DNA of 64,000 nucleotides from Bugula neritina (lineage: Eukaryota > Animalia > Bryozoa). Shown here piece by piece: positions 39,101-50,940 of this stretch (position 1 is its first letter; each line of letters starts with the position of its first letter). Location of the stretch: NCBI GenBank assembly GCA_964035545.1, contig OZ037772.1:12646818-12710817 (forward strand), read 5' to 3'. The notes beneath the pieces are model-generated. The model saw only the letters and a list, made by a program, of their open reading frames with translations, had not been told where the DNA came from and did no database searches. A program made the position numbers and the translations under genes.

Positions 39101-42100
39101 CACCCTCGCGTGTTTCTCCAGGTTCTCCAGCACTGTGCGACCAACATCGAGATAGTGAGGGTCCCCCGTCGCCTGCACCACAACAATGCATACAGTGAAA
39201 GTAAGTCCTGGGGCTATCCATAGAGAGAGTTTAGTTACTAACACGTAATGTGTGTGAGTGGTTAACTTGTTCAGTTATTTATTATATTGGTGTCTGTGGT
39301 GTTCTCCATATACACAATATATTTACTGTATACAGGAAGTAGATATATTTACTCTATACAGGAAGTGGACATACTCACTTTATACAGGAAGTAAGTAGAC
39401 TCGACAAACTCAGGGCGGAGGGGGTGCTGCCCCCAGTGGACGTGGAAGTCGGTAGTCACGGCCTCTGGCAGGAAGTTGTGACGTTGCGTGATCTGGTAGA
39501 GCACCTCGTGTATTTCTATGGCTGAGCGTAGATCTCCCTTCAACACCTGAAGAGGGAGAGATCAATGAGAGTATCTAGTAGTAGAGAGAGAGATCAATGC
39601 GATTCCATATAATAGACTGATTGATTACATATAAAGTTGGAAGAGCTGAGAATTTGATTCAGAAAAGATTAATATTATTATTTTTCTCAAACACAAAGGA
39701 ACACAACTCCTAATCAGGTGGACAGCACCAACCCATGTCATAGTATTGTGCAGACAAGAAACCTGAGAAACTATTCCAAAGTTGCAGTAATTTGAATGTC
39801 TCTTTATAACTTTCCGAGCAAATATTTTGCATGCCTATTGAATGCATTTGGCCAAATACAACCCTTTTCTCATAGAATTATACAGAAATTTTTTTTCAAG
39901 CAATAACATGACTTATTTTACACACACCAGACACCTGCTACTACCTGCTTACCGACACACAACAGACACCTGCTACTACCTGCTTAGTGACACACACCAG
40001 ACACCTGCTACTACTTGCTTACTGACACACAACAGACACCTGCTACTACCTGCTTAGTGACACACACCAGACACCTGCTACTACTTGCTTACTGACACAC
40101 AACAGACACCTGCTACTACCTTCTTACTGACACACACCAGACACCTGCTACTACCTGCTTACTGACACACACCAGACACCTGCTACTACCTTCTTACTGA
40201 CACACACCAGACACCTGCTACTACCCGCTTACTGACACATACCTGAAGGCCGGGCCAGAAGGCTAGCAGAGAGTCCATGATGTTTCTACTGCTGGAGGTA
40301 GGTTTGTGCATGTCAACGTTTAACATGATTGGTCCCTGATTTATATAGGTCATAATAGCATCATAGTGTTTATTGAACCTAAAGTAATAAATATAGAAAC
40401 ATTCAACATTCAACTGATCTATAAAAGGTTGATGGTTGAAGACTTAGTCAGAAACATCTCTGTGACCTCAACTAACCAGTTCTGTCTTTACTTTATATTC
40501 AGGAGATGACAACTCCAACTATATAACAACATAAAGTGAGCACTGAATTGAAAAAGTATAAACTTTGATCAATTTACAAAACTAGGATACAGAGAGAGAG
40601 GATACAGAGAGAGAGGATACAGGTATATACAGAGAGAGGATACAGGTATATACAGAGAGAGGATACAGGTATATACAGAGAGAGGATACAGGTATATACA
40701 GAGAGAGGATACAGGTATATACAGAGAGAGGATACAGGTATATACAGAGAGAGAGGATACAGGTATATACAGAGAGAGAGGATACAGGTATATACAGAGA
40801 GAGGATACAGGTATATACAGAGGTGAGTGTACCTGGTTAAATACACGTCGTCCCCGAGCAGGATGTAGGCTTTGAGAAGATACTCGTAGTAGGAGTCTAT
40901 GCCGGCGCCGATACCGCTCTCCCGTCTCACCCAGTCGCCATTGTTGACGTTGAGCACCGTACCCATGAGATTGCTGTGCACGTTCCTCTGATCCCACAGG
41001 AAGTCCATGGCTTTGTGGGCCGCTTCCTCAAATCTAAACATCAAATCCAATGTTATGATTACTATACAATGAACCATGTGCTGAGAAATGCAATAATGTA
41101 ACTAGTGCACCGCTACCTATATATTACATTTCACAAAGCATTTGGTGCATCTATAAATTTTGTTCATATCTTAAATTAATTAATGCAGTTCTACATTTCT
41201 CTTCACATATTGAGTTAGTTTTGTGCATCTCTACACTTTTGACAGTATAAATAAAAAATAACCACTTGATGAACACACTAGTACTTGTACTTGTGAATAT
41301 CATGTAGCTTTGAAAAACTGACCAATAAAACAATTTTAAACTGAAGCGCGTTTAGATTCACACACCTGTTGTCACCTGTCAGCCGACTGAGAGCCGCAAA
41401 CTCGAGCACCATAGTGCCAGCACATGCAGTGCAGGTGTCTCTAAACTTCAGGTTCTTCAGGCCTGTCTTCAGGTTCACCTGAAACCAACACAGAGAACAC
41501 TTACTGGTTAGTACTACTAGCCAGTAATTAATACCACTAGTTACTAGTATTCCCAGCTAATAGTACTAATAGTTATTAGTACTCCTAGCTATCAGTGCTA
41601 CTAGCTACTAGTACAAACAGTGAATAGTACTGCTAGCTATCAGTACTACCACTAATTAATGCTACTAGTTATCAACACTGCAAGTTACTAGTACTACTAG
41701 CTAGTAGTACCAGTAACTGTTAGTAATTCACCTAGTTACTAGTGCTACTAGCTAGCAGTACTAGTAACTGTTAGTAACTCACCTTAGGATAAGGGATGCC
41801 GCTGTTGCTGTTGAAGGCAGCGAGCAGTCTCTCTCCCAGATCCAGAGCCTTGGTCAGCAACTCATCTGTGTACCACTGGCAGCACTTACCACTCTCCTTC
41901 AGATCCACAGCGGCCACGTGACCTCCAAGTAACCCCCTGTGATTGAGTATTCTACACTAAACTGTTGATAGATTCTACACTGAACTGTTGATATATTCTA
42001 CACTAAACTGTTGATATATTCTACACTAAACTGTTGATAGATTCTACACTAAACTGTTGATAGATTCTACACTGAACTGTTGATATATTCTACACTAAAC

Positions 42101-45100
42101 TGTTGATATATTCTACACTAAACTGTTGATAGATTCTACACTAAACTGTTGATATATTCTACACTAAACTGTTGATAGATTCTACACTAAACTGTTGATA
42201 GATTCTACACTAAACTGTTGATATATTCTACACTAAACTGTTGATAGATTCTACACTAAACTGTTGATATATTCTACACTAAACTGTTGATAGATTCTAC
42301 ACTAAACTGTTGATAGATTCTACACTAAACTGTTGATAGATTCTACACTAAACTGTTGATAGATTCTACACTGAACTGTTGATATATTCTACACTAAACT
42401 GTTGATATATTCTACACTAAACTGTTGATAGATTCTACACTAAACTGTTGATAGATTCTACACTAAACTGTTGATAGATTCTACACTAAACTGTTGATAT
42501 ATTCTACACTAAACTGTTGAAACACCAAAATAATGAACACTAAAAATGTCGTTATGAAAAACAGCTAATATCTGAAAATAAAACTGTGTGAAAACAAAAA
42601 CAATTTATATAAATTAGACATTACTTCTAGCAGTAATTTGAACCCTGGAGTTAGGAGAGTAACCAGAGTAATAAGTTAAAAGACTAAGGGGAGGTAGCTC
42701 ACTCACCCCAACATCCTAATATTAGTCTCAAAGACAGACACCACCACGTCTGTATCAAAGCTGGTTTCCTGCAAGACGAGTCGTATGGCCGTTTCAAACT
42801 CATCCAGCCTTCCTAGCAGAGCCAGTGTGTCCAGAGTATCCACTAAGGTCAAGGTGAAACTTCAAGTATATATAAAATTACCTTGATTGCATACGTGACT
42901 GCAGATGAATGGTTTACGAGAAATATAAAATAAAACTAAACATATAATATGAGAAACTGAAAAGTAATGCTCTGTCCATACTACACATTAAAGTAAACAT
43001 GCAAATATGCGTGTGAAGTGAAGTTTCCAGTATTGAAAACGAGAAGAAATATATAAACCATTATGTAAAAATTAAAATGATTACCAAGAGAAATTAATTA
43101 CATTTTATCAAATCTAAGCGCAAAACAAAACCACCAGTATAAATAACGGACAAGTAAAATCACTAATATAAGAAAAATCTAATGGGAAGCTGTAAACCTA
43201 CTTTCCTAAAGATTCGTCAACATCTCCTCTACTAGGCCTGTTTCCACGGAAACGACCTTGGCAAGACAGAGGCATAAGTTCATCAGCCGGATAAGCATGA
43301 GTCTGAAATAAAAAGAAGACAATTCATTGCTTTACATGCATACTTAGCATTCATTGGTGCAGAGTGAGTATTGGCAACCTGGTCCTTGTTTTCAGCATTC
43401 CAGCACTCTGGTTTTGTCAGCATAATATAGCTTTTCTGTTACTAATCAGCAATATTTCAGGCAATCAGTATATTCAGTACTATACTAGATGGGCTCAACA
43501 TCCTCTTCTAGTGCTCAGTCAACTCAAAATGCTGAAGATACTTATAGCTTACACAATTGAAAAATAATTTTACAAAATACCAAACGGTTAGAATACCAAC
43601 AGTTAATTTTGGTATCTTTAACATTTCTAATGCTAACTCAGCACTAAGCAAATGTTGACTAACATGTACAGGTTACAACTAGATGCAGCTTGACGACTAT
43701 CTATTGTAGAGTACTCATGTCTGCTGAAATTAAGCGAGGCCATATTTGTAAGATTTAACTTCTGTAATCTCCGATAACCATATGCAAACTCATAGAGACT
43801 TGAAAGTCAATCAAAATGCATTAATAATCAATTTACAATCTAATTGAAATACATCAATTACAAATGTCTACTTATTAGCTGATCAGTTGATTTCAAAATC
43901 ATATACTTTGAAGAAAAACTACTCACCATGTAAGCATTGTAGGCATGATCAAACATTTCCAAAGCTTTATTTCTAAAAGAAGTAAAAAAATGATAATCTG
44001 CATTTTTATTTAAGTTAAGAATTCAGATTTAGAACTCATAAATATTGTCTGCAGTTAATACCTATGAGAAGTAATAATGGTTGTCTAGTAATATGACTAT
44101 CAGATTGACTTTTGATGGCTAATAGTATTGATAAAAATAACAGCAATAGAAAACTGGTTGATGTTTGACAATATAAATATGAGTGGCTATAGAACGTCAA
44201 TGCTAGTTCCAAAACTTGTAACACCCATTAGTGCAATTACAGTTGATAGCAAAATTATTACTACACCATACTCTTAAGTCTTAGGAGTGACAGATAAGTA
44301 TAAACGTCTAAGTCCAAGGTCATATTTTGAAGCATTCTTTTTAATTAATACTATCTTAACTTTATTAAAATTGGTATGTTAATATTTGAGATAATATTAT
44401 ATTTTATAATGTTGGATAGTATTAGCTACTTTTATGATTATCATCCTCTCTATTACTCACTACTAAGTATTTAGTAATAGACTACTAGCATTGTACTATT
44501 ATTATTAGTCATTATCACTATTAAATTTACAGCTATTTAGTATTACCATTAATCATTATATTCATTAATAATAATAATCAATATGAATATAAATAAAATA
44601 ATAAAAGTCAATAGTAAGCGAGCATCACTTGAACTTACACTATGACTATTCAGTATTATTAGTGGCTCTCATAAAATATGTCAAATGATAGAAATACTAA
44701 TAGTGATAGCAAAATCACTACTAATACTACTAGCTCTAGGTGATAAATTGAAACTCAAAGAAAACAGTCTAATTAAAACTAAGACTTAGAGTCAGTTACT
44801 GTTAGTATTAAAGTAATAGTTTAACTATTATTCATATTCATATTGATATTGCCACTGATACTCATACTCATACTGCAAGTGTAACTATTACTGTATTAGT
44901 ATTAGTATTAGGATTACGGTTGAGTTATAAATCATAAGTGACAAGACCAAGATTATAAGAGAAACTGTATGGCTAAGTCACTTAATCTTACTAAAATTAA
45001 GTGCTAGAAAATAGTTTAATTTTACTTTTAGTCTAACCTTAATTTTAAGTTTTACTTTTACTTTTACCTCAAATATGTTGTTCCATTCTTTAGATTCACA

Positions 45101-45165
45101 GCACCACCACCAGTCGAAACATATTGGTATACTAAAAATACGGCTAAATGCCATTTTAAATTCAT
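33174..45165 (-). CDS. EDEM3: ER degradation-enhancing alpha-mannosidase-like protein 3 (GH47 domain + PA domain + KDEL)
   Basis: Signal-peptide exon 45068-45165 ([21 protein letters not shown]...), then 43927-43972 ([11 protein letters not shown]) and 43202-43302 ([13 protein letters not shown]). GH47 motifs [65 protein letters not shown]-domain exons at ~35547-36476 ([17 protein letters not shown]; FQMSGDG). Last exon 33174-33463 ends LDKDEL-stop. Confidence 0.95.
33597..34165. repeat. 32-bp minisatellite
   Basis: About 18 copies of tagatgttacaggagttgtcctctatacatat, starting ~20 nt inside the donor at 34185. Confidence 0.95.
34580..34722. repeat. 36-bp minisatellite containing GTGAGT, near a donor
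   Basis: Four copies of ctactagtaactcactcccagtaggcactcatcacc. Confidence 0.9.
39920..40242. repeat. 35-bp minisatellite starting at an EDEM3 donor
   Basis: About 9 copies of actgacacacaccagacacctgctactacctgctt. Confidence 0.95.
40585..40822. repeat. 23-25-bp minisatellite just inside an EDEM3 donor
   Basis: About 10 copies of ggatacaggtatatacagagaga. Confidence 0.95.
41949..42520. repeat. 23-bp minisatellite ending ~10 nt from an EDEM3 acceptor
   Basis: About 25 copies of attctacactaaactgttgatag. Confidence 0.95.
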
Positions 45166-46018
45166 AGTTTACCAAAAAGTTACTGTTTCTCGAGTTAGGC
45201 CATTAGGTTATTTGTATAAACTAAAATCAAGATCAAAATGAAATTGGTGCCATATCTGTCACTGGCAACTAGACACAGGGCCAGGATGTAGAACCTCAAA
45301 AAGCTGACAAGTTGTCACTAGCGTAGGATTTTGTCAATATGCGTTTAAAGCCACTGAGCTGGAATATACCTGGAGAGGCCAAGGACGTTTTAGCGTGGCC
45401 AAATAGTTTAGCTCCGCCTTAACATGGAAAACTTAACCACGCCTACTTGTTTTGCACACAGCAGTAGTAGTAAAATCCATTATAAATGCAAGCTATTAGA
45501 GCTAATAAATTAAGGAAAACACTAAAAAATAATGAAAATTCAGCACTGTGAAGCAGGAATAAATTATTTTGTTTATTTTACTTTTGGTATTTGTAATTTC
45601 ATGACTAATTATCATTTTATGAAACATGTACCTCAAGTATATATGATGATAACTTTAATAACCTAACAAATGCATTACATATTTATTGATTAGATCAACA
45701 CATTAGTCAAAATGAAATGAAAAGCAACAGCAAAGCAAATTTCAGCCTTAGTACATGAAAACTGACAGTAAAGATAACAAGTATAAAAGTTTATAAATAA
45801 TATAAAAAACAGATGGTAAAACACAGCTTTACAAAACAGGCAAGTAACAGATTTCCTTAAACCTTTCAAAGTTTTAAATTCTGTTTTGAAAGCAATAAGA
45901 GATTAAAATAAAATTACAGAATAAACAAAAATTAATATTATATTGCAATAACAATATTTGTGATTATCTAATGTTATAATATAAATACAATAAATATGAT
46001 TAATTAACCACATCCTTA

Positions 46019-49000
46019 TTACTGGCCTCTAAACAGTACATTTTTGTTGCTACATTGCCTGAAATTTAGTTTGTGCATAGCAATATTTGTTAGTTTAGCA
46101 ATGTGGTGCTGGAATAAGTCATAATAAACTTCAATAAGCAAATTTAAAAGGGAGAAATGATGATTTTCAATGCCTAATGATGTTTCCATGGAATGTTGAG
46201 CAATTCCAAATATGTCATATTTACCAATTTCTTGCTTCACATCTATTTGTAGCTGAAGTAATTTCACGAACTTTTGGCCTTTTAGGTGTTTGTGAGTGCA
46301 TAAACAAGTGGTAATAACTCCATCTGAAGGTATAGTAAGCCCACCATTGTTTTTAACATGCAATAGTTTTTTGAGCTTACCATACTTGAGACTGCAGCAC
46401 TCCTTGTTCACTAGAGCTTGCCTGCACTCTAGACATGTTACTTTTCTTAGTGCCTTTCGGACAACCCACCCAGAGATGTAGACAACAACATTACCCAAAA
46501 CAGGGCCAGCTAAAACCTACTTTTTCAGCAGGTTTTAACTCATCATGAATGAAGATATCCGCATTATCTTCCTGAGAAAATGGTGGAATATAGCTAGTTG
46601 AAGCGAGAATAGCAGTTGTGTTATCTAATGGCTTAGAATTTCCTGAGTTGCCTGGATGTACACCACATCGGGTCACCAATTTTCTAAAGATAGACTGAAA
46701 GCCAGTTACAGATGGGTTATTATTCCATCCACCTAAAACAGATATTAGGTTGACGACTTTAAAAAAATGCTTGGACATCAATTGCCTGTTCACAATTAAT
46801 GATTGGATTACGTTTACCCAGAAAAAATGATGTTTTTTAGAACACAAGCAAAACCTTGCATGCAATTAAGCCAAAAAAGTCATTTAATTTAAAAAATGCA
46901 CAATTGCTTTGACACCACAGTTTTGGAAATTTTTGAAAATTCATTATTCTTGTTTCTTGATATTCAAAAGTTGATAAAATATACTTCATATTGCATGCAT
47001 TTTAACCACTAAGCTCATGCAAAAAAATTCACTTTTCAACACAGTTGGTCCAGCCGACCATCTTAGTTGCACCTATCAAAGCAAAGTGAAAAACCGAACA
47101 CCTGAAGGAAAGAGATAAGAGAGTAAGAGAACAAATGAACATGTTAACATAAGTGCATGCAGACTGGGCTTCATGCATAGCTGTTCAGAGCTATAGCATA
47201 CCACAACGGCGAACTGCATTGAAGAAAAGCTCTAAATGGTCTTGCGAAAATTTATACATTAGCAGATAGTCGAGTGTTTTAGGCACCAACAGTTTCTCCA
47301 CCAACCCAAATACTGTGTCAATGGCACATACAAGTCCAGTAATACAAACATGTCTGTAAATAACATAAATAGGGACAGGCACATATTAGATCTGAAATAT
47401 AAGCAATTAACACTTTCTTTGTTAATAGGAAATTTACCTTTTGGTCTTGTACAGAGGTATCCCTTCATTATTCTTTAGGCCTAGCAAATATTGCCGTGTA
47501 TCTTTCAGAAAAGGAGTGATGACACTGATACCATTGAGATGTAAAGGCTGCTTGTAGCCTTTAGCTATTGCTGATCGACTATTCAGGATGTCAAACAACC
47601 GATCAACTCGCTACAGAAAAAGTAACATCAACAGAACATGGGACGATTGCAGTTACAGTATTTTAAAGAAATAAAGCCAAAAGCTGTAACAAACCCTATT
47701 TATACCAGGCTTACAGTCAACATTTTCCATCCATCTATAAAACATTAATTGTTGTCACATGATGTAGTCAATATCTAAGGATTATTTTATTTCAAATGCT
47801 GATTAAAGAACATCTTACCGCCTCAGGGATCGTGGGGATGGGAGTGTCATGTAACTTCTGAGAAACTCATAAGCCTTTGGTGAGTAGAGATGTAGCGTTA
47901 GTGCAAATTTTTGCTGACTTTCTGAGTATTTGCCACGGAGTGGAGTGAATAGGCCATCAGGAACATCTGTATGGTAATATCAACTTTAGACAGAGTTTCA
48001 ACTGAAAATGTCAAGGCGTTATTAAATTGTAAAATCATACCAGCAAAACCTTTCAACTTTTCCTCCAATTCACCATTGATCAAACTTTTTTCTCTGACCA
48101 ACTTGATGCATTCTGCAAGCTTCATTTTTGATCTTTTGGCACGTCTAGTTGAATTGCTAACTTGCTTCTGTAATTGGCTAACCTTTTCTTCTAAAAACCT
48201 AACTCTTTGCTTCAAAGCATCGGGAGTGGTACTATAGCAATGATCCTGTATCATATGAAATTATTCAACTTTAATACAAAAATAACCAAATGTAGAAAAA
48301 ATATATTATTATAGTATACAGCACAGCTATTTACCATAAAGTGGCAAGTAAATACATCAATATTAAGTCATAGTTAAATAAGCTATCTAATAACCTTAAG
48401 AACTACAGCTGCTGAAGTGTTCAAGCTCATTTTAGTGGTTTCAATTGAAATCTCATCTTTTTCTTCAGCACGGCGACTAGTATGAGTAGTTCGGGGAGTT
48501 CTTTTTCTCTAAAAATTGAAATATACAGATGTGCAAGCACAATAATTAATTTTATCATTCCAATGACTGTTGCATGAATATCAACTTACTATAAGTCTCT
48601 CTGGAACAGCAACCAATTCCTCTGCTGGAACAGCTCCACTTCGCAAACGCCGAGGTTGGCTTGTGCTTTCGAAAGAATCGCTATAAAAATGATCGCTACA
48701 CAGTAGAGATCTTTCACTAGGTTCTTCTTGGCGGCGAGAAACTTTCCACCAAACATTCCAACGACTGAAGTCCTTCTGCTTGTTGGGAAATCTAAATAAA
48801 AAAATACTGCACTAGCCAAAATTATTTACAAACTGATATGTTATGCTTTATCAATAGTGCAACCTATTTAAACCATAAAAACATTAAAACTTTAGGTAAC
48901 CGTAAAATCCAATATCAATCAACAGAAGATTTTCAATATTTATTAAAGAGAGTAAATTAATCCAGTAATGCTTTAAAAATAATAAACTTGCTGTAAATAA

Positions 49001-49816
49001 CATCAACATAATAAAGTTGTTAGCAATAATAATAGTGACATCAATATGAGTAGATATTCAGAGTGAGTCACTCACACTTCGACTTTCACATTTTCACATT
49101 GTGTAGTTACTGTTATTGTTGATCATAATAATACTATTAGTAATAGTACTATTCATACTCATACTGATACTCGAATTATAATAACAATTTATGAGTAAGT
49201 TACTACTACTACTGAGTACCTGTACTGGTAGTAGTAGTAGTAGTAGTACTAGCAGTTGTAGTACTAGTGCTCTACTAATAACAATAACACTAGCAGTAGG
49301 CTAGTAGTACTAGCAGTTGTAGTACTAGTGCTCTAGTTTCAATAACACTAGCAGCAGGCTAGTAGTAGTAGTAGCAGTAGTAGTAGCAGCAGCAGTAGTA
49401 GTAGTAGTAGTAGCAGCAGCAGCAGTAGCAACAGCAGCAGCAGTAGTACTTTTATACTGGTACCGTAAGTATAGCATTAGGCTTAGCTATTAGTATTACT
49501 ATTAGTATTAGTGTATTACTATAGTACTACTATTACTAGTAGTAGACGTAGTAGAGTACTACTACTACTAGTACTAGTACTACTAGTAGGCAGCAGCACC
49601 GCTACCACAACTATTAAGCCTACTGTTACGCTAGTTAATGTATTACTTTTACTGATTTTTGTAACTAAAGCCATATACTTACTTGTGAAAAGAGATTTTT
49701 TTGTCTTTACTGTAACTGCTGTACTGGTAGTTGCGGCAATTGTATGCATAACACTGAGACCCAGTGGTCTTGCTTCTTTGACCCTTAGTTTGCTTAGGAT
49801 ACGGAGAATTCGACAT
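46019..49816 (-). pseudogene. Spliced THAP9/P-element-type transposase derivative, internally deleted and frameshifted
   Basis: Exon 49683-49816 (CYAYNC...ISFHK) plus 48590-48791 (FP...W...CSDHF...AVP) form a THAP zinc finger. Then come DHCY and a coiled coil (~48041-48246), FALTLHLYSPKAYEFLR..LPSPRSLRRW, FDILNSR..KGYK, FSQDHLELFFNAVR, GGWNNNP and YISGWVVRK..CLEC...GGLTIPS. The region expected between VDCKPG and DRLFDILNSR is missing. The frame changes near 46516-46520, giving a stop at 46491-46493. No convincing TIRs or TSD found. Confidence 0.85.
49200..49590. repeat. (TAG)n/(CAG)n/(TAC)n low-complexity tract in intron 1 of the THAP gene
   Basis: Trinucleotide runs and a ~55-bp duplication. 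Confidence 0.8.
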
Positions 49817-50940
49817 GTTCAACGAAGTAGAGGTGATAGAGAACACAATTAAATAAAAATATAGTTGCTTGAGATATAAAGCAGGACAAAAAACAAAGTT
49901 TAAAAGTGAGATTCACTCAATCGAAATGATGGACGACCGGCTCTATTTTCTCCCGCTAGAAAAAGAGCATGCTCGGGCTCACAAAGCCAATCGGCAACGA
50001 GGTTACATTACAAAGTACACCCGTACCCATTCCAGATATTATTGAGTTCATTGTTTAAAGCTATAGAGCACAGAGCACAGGCTATCTTTATGGAGACAAC
50101 TTCGTATATCAACAAAATAATGCTAAGATTATTACCTTGATCTCTCACATTTTTCACAACATTACCAATATATTATAAATACAAACGTTTTATTACATAA
50201 ACTATTTTACCTACTGTCTATAAAACTAAGCCTAAACATTGTGGAGAGGTTGAGATCTTTATCCGTAATCAAAGAACTTGGAAATTACTTATTACAGTTA
50301 CTACGGCCACTACTAGCATTAAACAATTTGTAAAATAAATCACACACGTTTATGGATAGTATAACTGCATGAGTCAATAATAATACCTTGCAACTTTGAA
50401 TTTTATAAAATTTTGAGACTTTTAAAAAAGCATCTACAAATTCTTTTTATTTTACTTTTAGCTAATCTCCTTTTTTATTTCTATTTGAATTTGAGTCACA
50501 CTCACTTCGACTTTCGCTTTGATTTTTAAAGATAAATTATAATCATTTATAATTCATTGAGTTACTCATTACTGTTTGGCTTAGCAGTGTAAGACTAAGT
50601 TTGGCACAACATTTTACACGGCCTGCGCCCTGCTGAGTTTGACACTGACAGTCACTCACACCCTGACTCTGAGGCCCTGAGGGTAAGTCACCCTGGTGTT
50701 CTTTTGTCATTTTGAATTCAAATTCAAGTTTGCTTTAAATTTGAAACGAAATTCACTCTCTAACAGCTGCTAATAGTAATTGTACCTCTATAAGTTAATG
50801 AGTACAAGTATAATTGAAACTAAGTCTATTTTATAATCTTTAACTTTAAGTTACTAAATATAATTTCTGAAACAGGAAATTCAATCGATTCACGTCACCA
50901 TCAGTGCCACTCACTGTGACAGTGATTAAATTAAATCATA

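Noticed and set aside
44036-44224. Hydrophobic ORF as the EDEM3 signal-peptide exon
   Set aside because: No true ATG in frame and wrong splice phase; exon 45068-45165 fits phase and start.
49511-49852. 113-aa hydrophobic plus-strand ORF
   Set aside because: Low-complexity tract plus the antisense of THAP exon 1.
45200-50700. Terminal inverted repeats of the P-like element
   Set aside because: No convincing TIR pair or 8-bp TSD found by eye; only a short direct similarity (gagtca..cacttcgactttc at ~49065 and ~50493).
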